NCBI GenBank assembly: GCA_001949185.1
Contig: BDGG01000018.1
Span: forward strand, 496,001 to 560,000
Source of the DNA: Ramazzottius varieornatus
Taxonomy: Eukaryota > Animalia > Tardigrada
Length of the DNA stretch: 64,000 bases
Direction: 5' to 3'
The stretch's first letter is position 1, and each line of letters starts with the position of its first letter. Of this stretch, positions 43,791-55,654 are shown in pieces. A model generated the notes under the pieces. The model was not told the DNA's origin, made no database searches, and worked only from the letters and a program-made list of their open reading frames with translations. Both the position numbers and the translations under genes were made by a program.

Positions 43791-44192
43791 TATTACTCAA
43801 TGGTGAAATAACAAGCGAAGGTTCGGTAGGTTGGAGATTCATTTCCCCGTGTCCGGAGGGAGTAAAGGCGCGATTCTTTTATCGCAGCCCGAAACTGTGT
43901 TAATGGACTACACAAAAACTAAAGTGTGACTACACACAATCGGGTTCGTTATCCTACAACGAACATACAATAAGCGTCAAGACCCGAACTATAGACTGTG
44001 ACCGCAGAGGACTTTGTCCATGCTCGTAACATAATCAACAGGACGTCCCAGTTTGCTGCCGATCGATTCAGCAGTGGGGCTTCCGTACATCCCGAAGACG
44101 AGTGACGAAAGTGTCCTCAGGTTTCGTCAAAGCTTCAGGGTAGTACCATGTTGCCAGTAGATCCTGTACGTTATTGGTGAACTGATTACAGC

Positions 44193-45007
44193 TAGAGCTG
44201 TTAATGGTTTGAACCAAATGGTTTGAACCATATGGTTTGGTTTGGTTTGAGTGGTGGTTTGCATGCCAAAGCGGTTGAATGAAAATGGTTTCTCCCGCAA
44301 ACCACCAAAAGTGGTCTGGTCTAAACTTCAAACCAGACCATTTAAACCAAACCACATAAACCACCGATTTGAAGCGGTTTGCGAACAGCTTTTTGATCAC
44401 CAGTAAATAGTAAATTCTGACACAGTTTTCTTCCATTGACTAATCAGCGAACATAACCACCGAGGACATAAGAAGTTGAGCGACCGTTGCTGGTTTCTCT
44501 ACAAACAGACGCAAACAGGCAAAACTGGCGCATGCTGGAATTAAAAAAGCACCATGGCAAGCCATCCGGTAATTCAATCATTTTTCCACCAGCAGTGTTG
44601 TCCAACACTTCTGGAGCTGCGATTCTTACCTGTCGGAAGGCGTAGTTCTAATGTCGCGCAGCTTATGACACAGTGCTCACCCAGTTAAAGCTGTGAATCA
44701 CGTGGTACCCAGAACGATGTGGCTGCGCACGGTGGCAGTGGGGGGGGGGGGGGAAGATTGGCACTGTCAGACGGCCAATTTCGGCCCGACTTCCAGCACA
44801 GAATCTGCAGATCTCGTATGAAATTTCCCTTTACCGCAAACCATATTAAACCACATAAACCAGTGGGTCATATGGTTTGGCGTGAGATCAAAACTGGTTT
44901 GAGATGCCATATGGTTTGAGGTGGTTCGGTTTGGATGTCAAACCACAAACCACATAAACCATATAAACAACTTTCTAAGTGGGCTGGTCTGGTTTTTAAC
45001 AGCTCTA
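44193..45007. mobile_element. hAT-type non-autonomous element
   Basis: TIR TAGAGCTGTTAA; exact 8-bp TSD ATTACAGC; dense AAACCA/TGGTTT subterminal repeats at both ends. Confidence 0.9.
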
Positions 45008-47905
45008 ATTACAGCTTGTCCCTGAGACGTCGTGTAGATAGGTGTGTGAAAAAGTGAAGTACTGATCACAGAGTCGGAGCTCTTTCACGCAGCTATCAAA
45101 ATCTAGTTTCAATACGGAAGGGGAAGCAAGGGTGGCGAAACCAGCGATACCGGGTGAAACGATTCTGAAGTGTGGCTTTGCAATCACGGATCCTACAACC
45201 GTCTTTACATGGACAAAAGGAACGTCAAGTGGGTAAAGAGAACAGCAGCATAACTAGAGGGGAAAGAACGCTTATCAGAATTACGATAAGCGTGTCAAAT
45301 AGCAAGAGGACAGGCTGGTCCGACAGACATCAATAACTAGCACAAACAATCGACGTTAGGATGCCTCCCACCCCAATACAAGAGTCCTCTAAAGATAACA
45401 CGAAAGGGGCTCGCCGTGCTGGAAAACGGCAGCCATGCCGTAGCAGTTTGACTGCAAACTGCTACGACATTTTTGCATGCCAGGGGCGGACAGCCGCGGT
45501 CTAGGAACAGATGTGGGATGTGCAGATCCAGATCAGATCTGGCCAGCAACTGGTGTTCGGCAAAGCTCAGTGGCTGGGTTAGAGTTGATTATGGTGATAT
45601 TGTTCCGCTTTAGCATCTGTCTGTCTATAATCCGCCACTTCAAACTGTTGACGCAAGCGCAGATGAGAAGCAAATCTACTTCTTGTTGCGAATAAGAGCT
45701 TCTGCTTGCAAACAATGAAGACCAGCTCCGAACCGAACCAACAAGGGTGGTGCATCGATATCTACAGTATTCGATACGCGCATCTCTCACGCCCACCAAC
45801 ATCAACTAGATGGAAATCTGGATAAAATCCAGCTAGTCTTGCCCCCACCATTCTTCAGTTTTTTCCACCATCCTCGCGCCCTTGTACTACACATCGGAGG
45901 CTAACGTACCGTCAACTGAAAAGCAAAACTGAATTATGAGCTTGATCTTATCGGATTCCAGTGGGCACATCGAGCACGTACAAATAGAGCCGTAATAGGG
46001 AGGCGCTCAAAGGAAAGTTGGTTGTGTGTTTCTTCCTATAGGTCGCATTCAACTAGTTAACCAAGAAATAAACCTTTTATACCTGAGACTTCGAAAGGAC
46101 AGAGAAGGCTTCCTTCGAAGTTCTTTATCCCGTTTACACTATGTCGAACTGACGTCACTGCTTGTTCCCTCAGTTTCTTCGGCCAACGATGCCACCTTGG
46201 CGAGTAGAGGAATATGGGATGCATTGAACATTAAACATTCTTCTTGGAATGGGTTGCGTATTAGCTGCGGTAAAACTGGCTCGCAAGCTGGCTACTGCTC
46301 ACCGAGTAACTCTGGTCTTTATGTGACATGGTCAGAGGGTTCAGAATATATTAATATAGCAGAAGGTACCGGACACGTGTCGAAACGACAACATGAAAAC
46401 ATCGCTGCAGCGTGCTGTCAAGTTCGTGACTTCCAGCCACATCTCGGCCCAGAACCCAGCATCTGTCCAACCCACCTCCAGTTTTTCTGCACAGAGCCAA
46501 CATCGGTCCTTTGTACAGTTGGCTGAAAAGGGTTGCGCCAAAGTAACCAGCTGTCCATAGGGACTAATGGACGAAGACAAAATGAACGCAGTCACAATTG
46601 ACCTTCTTTGAGGCGGTCGAATCGTGGAATTTGTCCATGAATATTTTCTTCTGCTGTGCACCGGTAGTGCTCTGGAAATGCTTCTCCTGCCTGCTATCAC
46701 GAAAGAACCTCGACAAGACGATGCATCCAACGAAACTGGAACCACCTTTGGAAGGGAAAAGCAGCCTCGATTCTACCCCATTCAGACTTGGAGATTCTTA
46801 CCAGTAAGCTCAGCAAAATTCACCGTTATGCTTCAAAGACCTTCAGGATGCCGTCGAGGCTGCCAATGTTGGTAACATTAACGATGGTAGCAGCGATCGT
46901 TTATTGGTATTTGCATGGATAGACACTTCAGCAGTATCTGTCGCATCCAGGAGTATCTGTCTTCCGGTGGCACTGTGAGTGGAACAGCACGATTAAAACT
47001 GTACCGTACGGTGCGCCGGTGGTGGCGTGATCTTATATCATCGATCAAAAGCGAGATGGCGAACTGCTGGCGGATCTGGGTATGGAGGTTTGCTACCCGG
47101 ATGGGAGCAGCCACGATAACTCCCGGGTGGTTCCACCTGATGAGATAGTGCAAGCGGTGGAAGAAGTGGATGGATGGACTGCTAAGACATCGTACTGGGG
47201 AGCGGTGTCAAAGTGGAGCGAGATAGTGGCGAATGCGCAACGTTCCGGTGGCAGCAGTTTTGAAAAAAACTGCATTATTAGTTTTTGGCCCACCTTCTGC
47301 ACTCTAATATTTTATGTTTTTGAAAAACATCGAATTTTTCGTCTTGATAAATTCGGTTCCGAGATTTCGAATGTTCGAATTTTGGAGCAATAAAAGATTA
47401 CCACCGACATACAGAAATTCAGTCTGAGAACCTCACGAAGGATGAACTTTTCCCGTAAGATATTCCGGTTAGGGTGATGGACCCAGCTCATAAGTACAGA
47501 TGCTGCAAAAAAAGTAGTGTTCGGTGTCGAGTATAATGTTTCGGTATGACGCTTCAGCTTGTGGTAAAGTGGGACGTAAAAAGAACGCAAAGTTGATACT
47601 GGACGAATATTTCACGATTGAATATCTAGACCTACTAGACGCTTGATGCAGTAACCCAACAGTAAGCAACAGGCACGATATATATTAGCTGAGAGCTATA
47701 TCGTGCAACAGGTATCGCCCTAAGTCACCCTAAGTGAGTGCTTCACCCCAAGTCGGTACTAACAAATTCTGCTGTGTCGACTTTTAGCGATATTACACAA
47801 CACAATTAAACCTGAAGTATACGCCTACCCGTACCGCAAAATCTAGTTTATGGAAGGAGTCGTTGGGTGGTCAGGAATCGCGGAAGGGTGAACTCACGGC
47901 GGAAG

Positions 47906-48014
47906 CTAGAGTAAACAAGGACCGGAAAATTTCCAGCACTTGTCGCAGTCCGACTTGCTGCTGCATTTGACATATTTGTAGTCCTGTCTGCTTCCATCAG
48001 TTGTGTGGCACCAT
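47906..48014 (-). pseudogene. Tha p 2-like copy 4, 5'-truncated
   Basis: WCHTTDGSRQDYKYVKCSSKSDCDKCWKFSGPCLL*. It lies in a diverged duplicate (~47760-48200) of ~33260-34160, with the 5' half of the gene deleted. Confidence 0.75.
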
Positions 48015-48659
48015 TGTTTATCGGGAAATTCAACCTTCAGCACAAACGGCTTTTTATCAGCCCCACTCACGACTACACGTCAACCAGATTTCTACTGCAG
48101 TGGACACAATTTGCGCAGATGGTTCGGACAAACGACAGTTCAACCCAAACGATTGCATTTAGAAGTGTTCAAAAGTTCAAGATGAATAATCGTGAAGCAC
48201 GACGGACACTCGCCATCGAATTGAAACTTGGCCAAATTTTCTGGAGTAATATTATGGCTGGTAATGAGCATTAACGCATTGGGAAGCGTAGTTGGTGGCC
48301 GGACAATGAGTCAATCAGATTTGCATTGAGCTGGCCTTTTTTTGATTTGTTGAGCTAATTACTGCCAGGCAAACTACCACGGCCAGCATCGGTCGTTTGT
48401 TCCATCGTTTATCTGAAACTACCACGAGTTTTGTAACCTCTAAAAGGTTTGAGCAAGACACTTTTAGAATGTGGTTTTCAAAACCAATAAGTTTTCGTCT
48501 GTTTGATTTAGCTGGGAGTTTCGCAAGGTCTCCATTAATGCGTATCGGAACTCGCGAAGCAGGTGACTTTCTGGAGACCCGCCGACTTCAATCTCGCACA
48601 TCGCAGGAGTATCACGTACACTGGCGCACATGAATACCCGCTTGCTCAGCTCGTCTGTA

Positions 48660-49160
48660 AGGAAAATCTCTGAGCAGAGATTTGTCAAGTTTTGGTGCTT
48701 TTCTATGTGGCGCACTTCTTCAGTGTTATGACTGGAAGCGTGCGTGACTTGTAAAAACGATCTTGTTGAGACTGAGTCTTTTCCTGTGATGGCGCACCTT
48801 CACAGTATCATTGGCTGGAAGCGTGCTCCACTGGCAGAAATAATCTTGTTGAACCCGTTAGCCAGCGTTTGATATACAATAATCACGGTTCTAACTGTAC
48901 GTTGGCATAGGCTTGATTTTCGACAGTGGACCCTTTACACATTTCGGTGTCAGCGCTCTGACTTTGTCCCCCGAAGAACGCATCACCTACACGACCCTTC
49001 CCGTTTCCAGTCCGCCTCCCGCCCGCTGTACTTCCTCCGCCCCATCCAAGACCGACTCCACATTTTATACATACTCCTACCGGTTACATCGTCCCAGACT
49101 TTACAGTCGCATTCAGGTCGGACGTCCTCATCATTCAGATTCGTCGCGAGTACTACCTGA
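48660..49160 (+). pseudogene. Duplicated CNNM last intron plus partial last exon
   Basis: Aligns to ~32145-32645; encodes [29 protein letters not shown], then frameshifts. Confidence 0.9.
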
Positions 49161-49615
49161 CCAGGGGTGGACGAAGGGACTGAAGTTGTAAAGTGGCCGA
49201 GATTAGAATTGGGACCCCACATCGGTAGTCTTGTGGCTAAAGAATCACTAAACCAGCGATCCATTCGCCCATTGTTTTAATCGCCGAAAGACGTCCACGT
49301 GGGGACGTCTTTCCTCGTAAATGTGGCCCACCCGTGACGGTCGGTTCGTCATCGGGTCGGGTTCCCAGTCAGGAACCGGAAGCCGGAAAAAAAAGGTTGT
49401 ATAATTGACTACCGAACTTGCCTGTTTTTAATTACCCATGTTCCACACCGAAACCGACGCTTCCGGTTCGAGCCGTGGCGTAAGGGACATGGTTGCCATT
49501 CCCCGACTGTTTTCCACAAAGTACTGTTTGCCCGGGTAGGCCTGCTAGAGTCAATCTTGATAGAGTTCAAAGCTGCTGGAGCATTCTCACAGCGGGGCAG
49601 GCCATTAAACTCTTC

Positions 49616-50110
49616 TAAAGATGCCCATTCTGTTTTCCGTCCCATTCCTAATTCCGCTTGAAAAATAGGAATTCCGCAGAATTCGGGCTGAGCACGATCT
49701 GGAACGCTGGAATTCCGAATTGGAATATAAGGATCTGTTCGGGGTTCCGCTTGTCAGACTCCGTTTTCCACTGCGGAATTCCCACTTTTCAAGCCAATTG
49801 TCGAGTTTTGGTGTCATTTTTGCTCACTACATAGAAGCAAGGCAAACAACTTTGACAAAATCAATCTTTAAGTGGCACACAGTCAGTGTAACTGGTTAGA
49901 TTGGTGCACTAATTGGACACGATCTTGCTGAGCTTGTTAGACGGGGCTAAACCGAGCTTCCGAATGGTTTTTTCTTCTTAAACTGCCGTATTGCAATTCC
50001 GATCTTTTCTTTAGCCTTTCTGGAAAACGGAAGATAGGAACGGAACGAAATTCGGAATTCCCATCCGAATTCCGTTTCAGGAAGCAACTCAGGCGGAATA
50101 GGCATCCTTA
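49616..50110. mobile_element. hAT-type MITE
   Basis: TIR TAA(A/G)GATGCC(C/T)ATTC; exact 8-bp TSD AACTCTTC; GGAATTCC subterminal repeats. Confidence 0.88.
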
Positions 50111-51362
50111 AACTCTTCTGCCTTCAGTTCATTAAATCTTATAAGCTACAAGCGCTGTGCTATAAGCTAAGCTCCACGTCACGAACGGGAAAAATGGCCT
50201 TTTTTAGGCCTGGTGTTTTCCAGACATGTCTGATCGACTCCGAACTGTTTTTTCTCTATAAAAACCATTTGTGATAGTCAAATTCCCCATTGAAGTCGAA
50301 AGACACAGATGTTCTTTGAAGGTGCCATCGGGCGAGCTACGTGAGCTTTTTGAGATGAAAACCCGAAATTGGGGTTGGTAAGACCGACCGTAGGTGGGGC
50401 TAGATCTCCGGTTTTTATCAAAAACCAGAACTATGGTGGGACCGTTCGTTGAAAGCAGTCTGTTGATTCAATTAGCCACATGGTGCAGTTTAGGCTAATT
50501 AAAGCATGATCGGCATTTTTAGAACGTAAGGCTTGCCATATTCGCACTTTATTTTGGGAGTGATGGTCTTGTACGAACTCGTACGTTCCACTTTTTTAGC
50601 AGTGAGACGTCACAAGCTGACCCAGCAACTCCAGCTTTAAGAGAAGAATGAGTTTCTGGTCTTCTCGTGCGTTTTGCAGCAAATCGGCTGATGTAGAAAC
50701 CTCTATCACCAATGGTTACTGTATAAGTTTCAAACCTGGGGGGAATCGATTTACTCTGTGGAGCTTAAATCATAGTACGACCGAACGCCGCAGCGCCACA
50801 TGCGGCTGGATCGCATTAGGCGCCCATACAGGTACGGCAGCTCAATGAGCGCTAAGCATACAAGGAAACAGGGAGCCTTAAGAGAGGGATTTATTTTCAG
50901 CCTCGACAACCCAGGCAACGGCCTCTTCGATGTTCGGAGGATAAAAGGTAGAACTAGCTAGTGGTTCTGACCACTGGGAAGGCCGAGCAGAAGCAAAGAA
51001 GCACAAGTTTTGCGAATAAAAACTTCTGCTACTCGGATCAAGTTGCGCACTTGTTTTCAGTACAGAGGTTGCGATATCTGAAAGCTCGAACAATCTGATC
51101 GTCCATTGAAATCTCGACAGACTTAAAAGGTAATATTAGATAACAACACAGCATCGGTCGTGAGAGGTTCAGCTTGAATTCTAGACAGGATATTTAGTTT
51201 GCAAGAGCGGTTAATGATACATTTTCCACGGTGAGATTGTATTCAGAGGGAATGATTATTGGTCAAGAAGACTTGAGAGTCTTTTCATACTCTTCCGAGG
51301 AATCACTCTTCATCCGTGACCTGGTGTAACTGGCGTCGTTTCTTTCCATCGCAGTGAGGGCG

Positions 51363-51968
51363 TCAAGCTGAGTCAGGTTCTTGGTTGGGTCCTTCAGCGT
51401 CATCGTACGGGAGATTCACTTCGTTGTCGTTGTTTCCATCATGCTCAGAGCGGGGGTTCCCGGTCCGTCCATATTCGCGCATGTGCCATCCGTGCTTACC
51501 GTGACCGCCACCACCATGTCCCCAGTGTCCGTTTCCGCGCCCTCTATATCCGCCACCATGGCGTCCTCGGTAGTGTCCGCCGCCACTGTGTTCATTGTGA
51601 CGATTACCACCGCTTCCACTGTGATTTCGTCCAACATAGCTCCCGGGTGCCTTTTTGCTGTTTCTTCCTTTGGGACCTTGTCGCTGGTCACTGGCGTTGT
51701 TACCCGGCTTTCGGTCGTTGGAGCGGTGATTTTTGATGTGGTTGTGGGCGTTGTAATGGAAGGGTGCTCGATCACCGAGCCGATTTCGGTAGAATGGTTT
51801 ATGCGGTGGACCATTCGAGCGGAAGTTCATTTTCACGTCAGGCCTGCCGGCGTTGACGTAGGTCTTCATCACGTCGGCTTGTTGGGCGTTCGGTTGGGAT
51901 GGCTGTTGGATGAGGACAGCTCCTCGAGGAGCTGCTGAGGCGCTACCGTGCCCGCGATGGTTCGCCAT
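51363..51968 (-). CDS. Intronless 201-aa Gly/His/Arg/Asn-rich low-complexity ORF, unknown function
   Basis: ATG-to-TGA ORF with GGGHYRGRHGGGYRGRGNGHWGHGGGGHGKHG and an acidic tail; no recognised domain. Confidence 0.45.
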   Translation of the reverse strand: MANHRGHGSASAAPRGAVLIQQPSQPNAQQADVMKTYVNAGRPDVKMNFRSNGPPHKPFYRNRLGDRAPFHYNAHNHIKNHRSNDRKPGNNASDQRQGPKGRNSKKAPGSYVGRNHSGSGGNRHNEHSGGGHYRGRHGGGYRGRGNGHWGHGGGGHGKHGWHMREYGRTGNPRSEHDGNNDNEVNLPYDDAEGPNQEPDSA

Positions 51969-52296
51969 TCGTCATAAGTTAATCTGGTCGCAGCGAGAGC
52001 TCCCATCAGAGGGATACCCGGCGAAGGACCCAAAAAGTGAAAAGTGAGGGAGAATCGCCTCCTACTGTCCGAATGATCTGCCACTGGTCAAAGCAGTGTA
52101 CAGTCCAGCTCACCAGACGCTACTGAATATTCTCCCGCTAAGTGCTCACCCTCTTACCCAACTGCTATTTTTACGAATATTAATCCTGTTTTCTTTCCTA
52201 CGCATGCAAACCTCTGGCTGACGAGAGTGTGTATTTTCCTTCCAACTAGAAATATTTTCTCGAATTTTGAAGCTCCCATATATATTAGTTCATAAA

Positions 52297-52491
52297 CACG
52301 CACGAAGGGAAAGTCTGGACCAAGCGAAAATAACGGCACCGCGAAATTTAACCGTAGAAAATTGTCGAGAATTGCATGAAATTGAATAAAATTCCCGACA
52401 ATTTCCTACGGTTGAAATTCACAGTGCCGTCTTTTTTGCTTGGTCCAGACTTTGTACTGGACTACTGGTCCAGACTTTCCCTTCGTGCGTG
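52297..52491. mobile_element. Foldback MITE
   Basis: Arms begin CACGCACGAAGGGAAAGTCTGGACCA and extend ~75 bp. The right arm has a small internal duplication of TGGTCCAGACTTT. Confidence 0.75.
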
Positions 52492-52759
52492 TACAGTAAT
52501 TCACCTCAGGTAATAGGAGGTGAACTATGGAATCTTTTTACGTAATTGGGCAATATGGACCTTGTCACCGATGGGTCGATCGACGACCGTATTGCACATA
52601 TCGTGCTCCGAATATCAATTTAAATAATGACGCTTATGATTCCGATTCCAATCCCCAAAACTACGAGCAGTGTATTAATCCAGCCGAGCGAAGCGGGGCG
52701 TTCTTAAAGGGAGAGTTGGGCAGTGTTAAGTTTGACCACAAAGGAATGAAGCTTTTTTG

Positions 52760-53370
52760 GGCGGGCTCGACCCTAAACGAATGGCCATTGGCTGGCGCGC
52801 GATGCTGAATCAGGCTCTGCGCATCCTTACACTCAAGATGCACTTTCATGCACCCGCATGCACGTTTCTTGAGATAGTCCTGTCGCACTGTATGCAGGCT
52901 GGATGTAGACGTCCATTTGGACGTGTTCCTCCAGTCTCCATACAGTACCTTTGGATTATCAGTCTAGAATATAATTTGGGTGTCCCTTGGACGTTCATCT
53001 CCAGCCTTAGAACTGCTAAGGTTCTTCTGGATTCTTCCGGACTATTCTCTTCTGGTCGGGCCTAAGCTGAGCTCGGCTGTCCAGTGGTGTACCACTTGCT
53101 GGTTAACCCGGTCTACAGCATACAGGACAGACAGTGAGGGAAGGGAGAGAAGCTTGCTTTGACCGAGACGCTGACCAAGGTTCTGTTTGAACCATCCACA
53201 TACTTACTGCAGTGTGCTTCATCTTACGGTGCTCGTGACTGCAGCGTTGTGTACTGTTGCCTATTCCCTACCCGTGTCACAATGGCTCTTGTCATCGAAC
53301 TCGGAGAATCCGTTCTGGCAGCCAACGTAACAACGTTGACAGCATCTACCTTCTTGCGCAGGTCATCAAA
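52760..53370 (-). mobile_element. Heavily degraded Tc1/IS630-like transposase relic
   Basis: Out-of-frame fragments DLRKKV, WTAELSLGP, IIF*TDNP, QPAYS and CGCMKVHLE occur in the order expected for DD34E enzymes. Confidence 0.4.
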
Positions 53371-54804
53371 AGGGGAGACGTGGCCGGGTAAGTAAAAGAT
53401 CTTTCAATGTAAAGACAAAGTGGACAGAATGTGTTATTTATATACATTTCGCTCTGTAGAAGCTATCGAGTGAATTCTTTCTTACTGACGGAGAAGAGCG
53501 CCTTCTTCATGAGTCCTCCTTTTTAAAACCATCAGAGTGGTTCACCGAAGGACGATCCGTGCTGGTGAGATCGCTTTACGACCTCAACAAGACCAGCTAC
53601 CAGCAGGCAGTAATTGCCGGAATTACAGAGGCGGTCGAAAAGCCCTCTCGTTACCGACTGAAGCGTTGTGATTTCCATGAAATGTAGGTTGACGCAGCGG
53701 TAGTGATGGTTTTATTATTATTTAGAGTTATCGAAGCCTTTAATTTAGGACAAATGCGGAGGATATTAGGATCACTCAGCAGGAAGTACGGAAAACTCGC
53801 ACGAACCAACAACATAAGAAATGGGCACGGTGGACTGTCTGCGGATTGACTCTCGCCATGATTATTCCACCTCCCATTTTCAGCCGCGTTTCAGACTCTT
53901 ACAAGCTGTTCTGTTTCCTACTCGAAGTTCACTTGGTGTTCGGCCTTGCTCTTACTTGTAGCTGTCTGTAACTTGTCCAATTTATAACTACGACTAAGTA
54001 TTTATTTTTTTGTCATTCTTTTCAGGCAAAAGCTATTGATCCAAATCGCCCAAAACTTTGCAAATAACTTGGGAAAATAATTTGTGGGGAGCTAAAGAAG
54101 TTTTTGTTGCTCTAAAATTCGATATGATTTTTATCTGAATTTTTCTGCACAATTTTACTTGCCATATAAGAACTGTTTGAATACAACTCTGACTAGTTGC
54201 TGGATGGAATGATATTTTGTGGACATGACTGATTTCCGAGGTCGTGTGATTTTCTGGATCTTAAGAACAGTACCTCAGAATGTCATCATGGGAGCTAGGA
54301 CACAAATTTAGCTCACTGGTCAGGGGAGAAAATGGTTTGTCGCTTCGGAAAGGTCCGCCGTATGGAACTGGCAAATTTCCTCGCTCGAGCTGCGAGCGAG
54401 CGACCAGCTTGTACTGGATTATGACTGTGGTTGCAGGAATCTGCACTTACTATCACACGTGGTGGGTTATTCCCTGTTCTGCTTAGTACATCCGTAACCA
54501 CACATCGGATTCCATCATTGTTCATTGAATCTATAGCATATCGTCCTCGATTCCAGATGACTATTTGGGTTCTAATCAAAGCTCCTCAGCCGGATGGCGG
54601 AGAGGCAACGATGAAGAAAACTCAGTAATAACCAGGGCAAACCGAGGGGAAGACTAGGGGCGGCAATAATGAAGGGCGACGATTTTCAGTTTCGGCCCCG
54701 AGCCCCAGCAGCCCTTGTTGAATTTCCATTCGCTGTGCCTCTACGTCACGACCCAATCCGGTTGAGGAGCTCTGCCCGGAGCCCAAATGACTTGAACACA
54801 ATCG

Positions 54805-54960
54805 TTTTCCAAAGTAGCGCACTACTCCAGCCGATAACAATGATAACGTGCGTCGCTTCGGAAAGAAATCAAACTCGACAAGATCGCTGTCCTACAGTAA
54901 ATGGTGCACGCTTCCGGCCAATAACAGTGAGAACATGCGCCACTTGAGATAACGATCGTG
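54805..54960. repeat. Family A, 2 units downstream of the PSMB4 duplicate
   Basis: AAGTAGCGCAC..GTGCGTCGCTT, linker AAACTCGACAAGATCG, ATGCGCCACTTG. Confidence 0.8.
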
Positions 54961-55060
54961 TTCAGTTCATTTGCTGACGTCTGAGTTCTCCCCATCATCA
55001 ACCCCATTCTTCACGCTACTTAACGTGAAACCGAGACACAAGCAAAAGGACTTGTCTTAC

Positions 55061-55425
55061 TTTGTTACTGGATTCTCGGTTGCGACGGCACAGCAGACGA
55101 AGGGATCCCAATTCCAGCCCCAATTCCGCACCTTCCCTCTGAAAAGTCTTTGATAGACAAGCTAAATCGGCTGTCTTCTACCAGTTGGACCCCGGATCGA
55201 AGTTTCTCGAGTGGGATTCTCATCCAGTTCCGGGATCTCCTCCACTTGTTCCGCTAGGGAAAGCTACGAACAAGAGATAGACATGACAATGGAAACCATC
55301 TGCTCAAGGAAGTACGAAACAGAAGACTGTACGAAGAGTTACCTGTGCAAAGAAACGGCCAAAGCCAGCAGCGACGTAAGGGGACGTGTGACTGATTCCT
55401 TCGCCCACACGATGCCACAAAAGGA
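55061..55425 (-). pseudogene. Partial tandem duplicate of PSMB4 exons 5-6
   Basis: GISHTSPYVAAGFGRFFAQ|gt..ag|LSLAEQVEEIPELDE..(insertion with stop)..LRLLCRRNRESSNK|gt mirrors the intact gene. Confidence 0.85.
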
Positions 55426-55654
55426 TCTTGCAAAGCGGAGCAAACCCCGCAGGCTTCAGTACATCTCCAATCAAGATAAACCCTCCCTACTACTTGCCAG
55501 AGCGTTCCACATCCACGCACCCCATTACAATCTATATTCGTCTTGGTTTTAATATAAAATGGACTTCCATCTTTTCCCGTTATGCATCAGACGAAGATCA
55601 TGTACAATTAACACTTACCCAGAACTCTGAAGAGCTACAAAGACAGTTATCGAT

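Noticed and set aside
50175-50612. Possible CAC..GTG (Transib-like) element
   Set aside because: Terminal similarity is too weak and there is no clean 5-bp TSD.
51381-51938. 185-aa plus-strand ORF and the many other antisense ORFs over genes
   Set aside because: These are shadow frames of real or low-complexity coding sequence.
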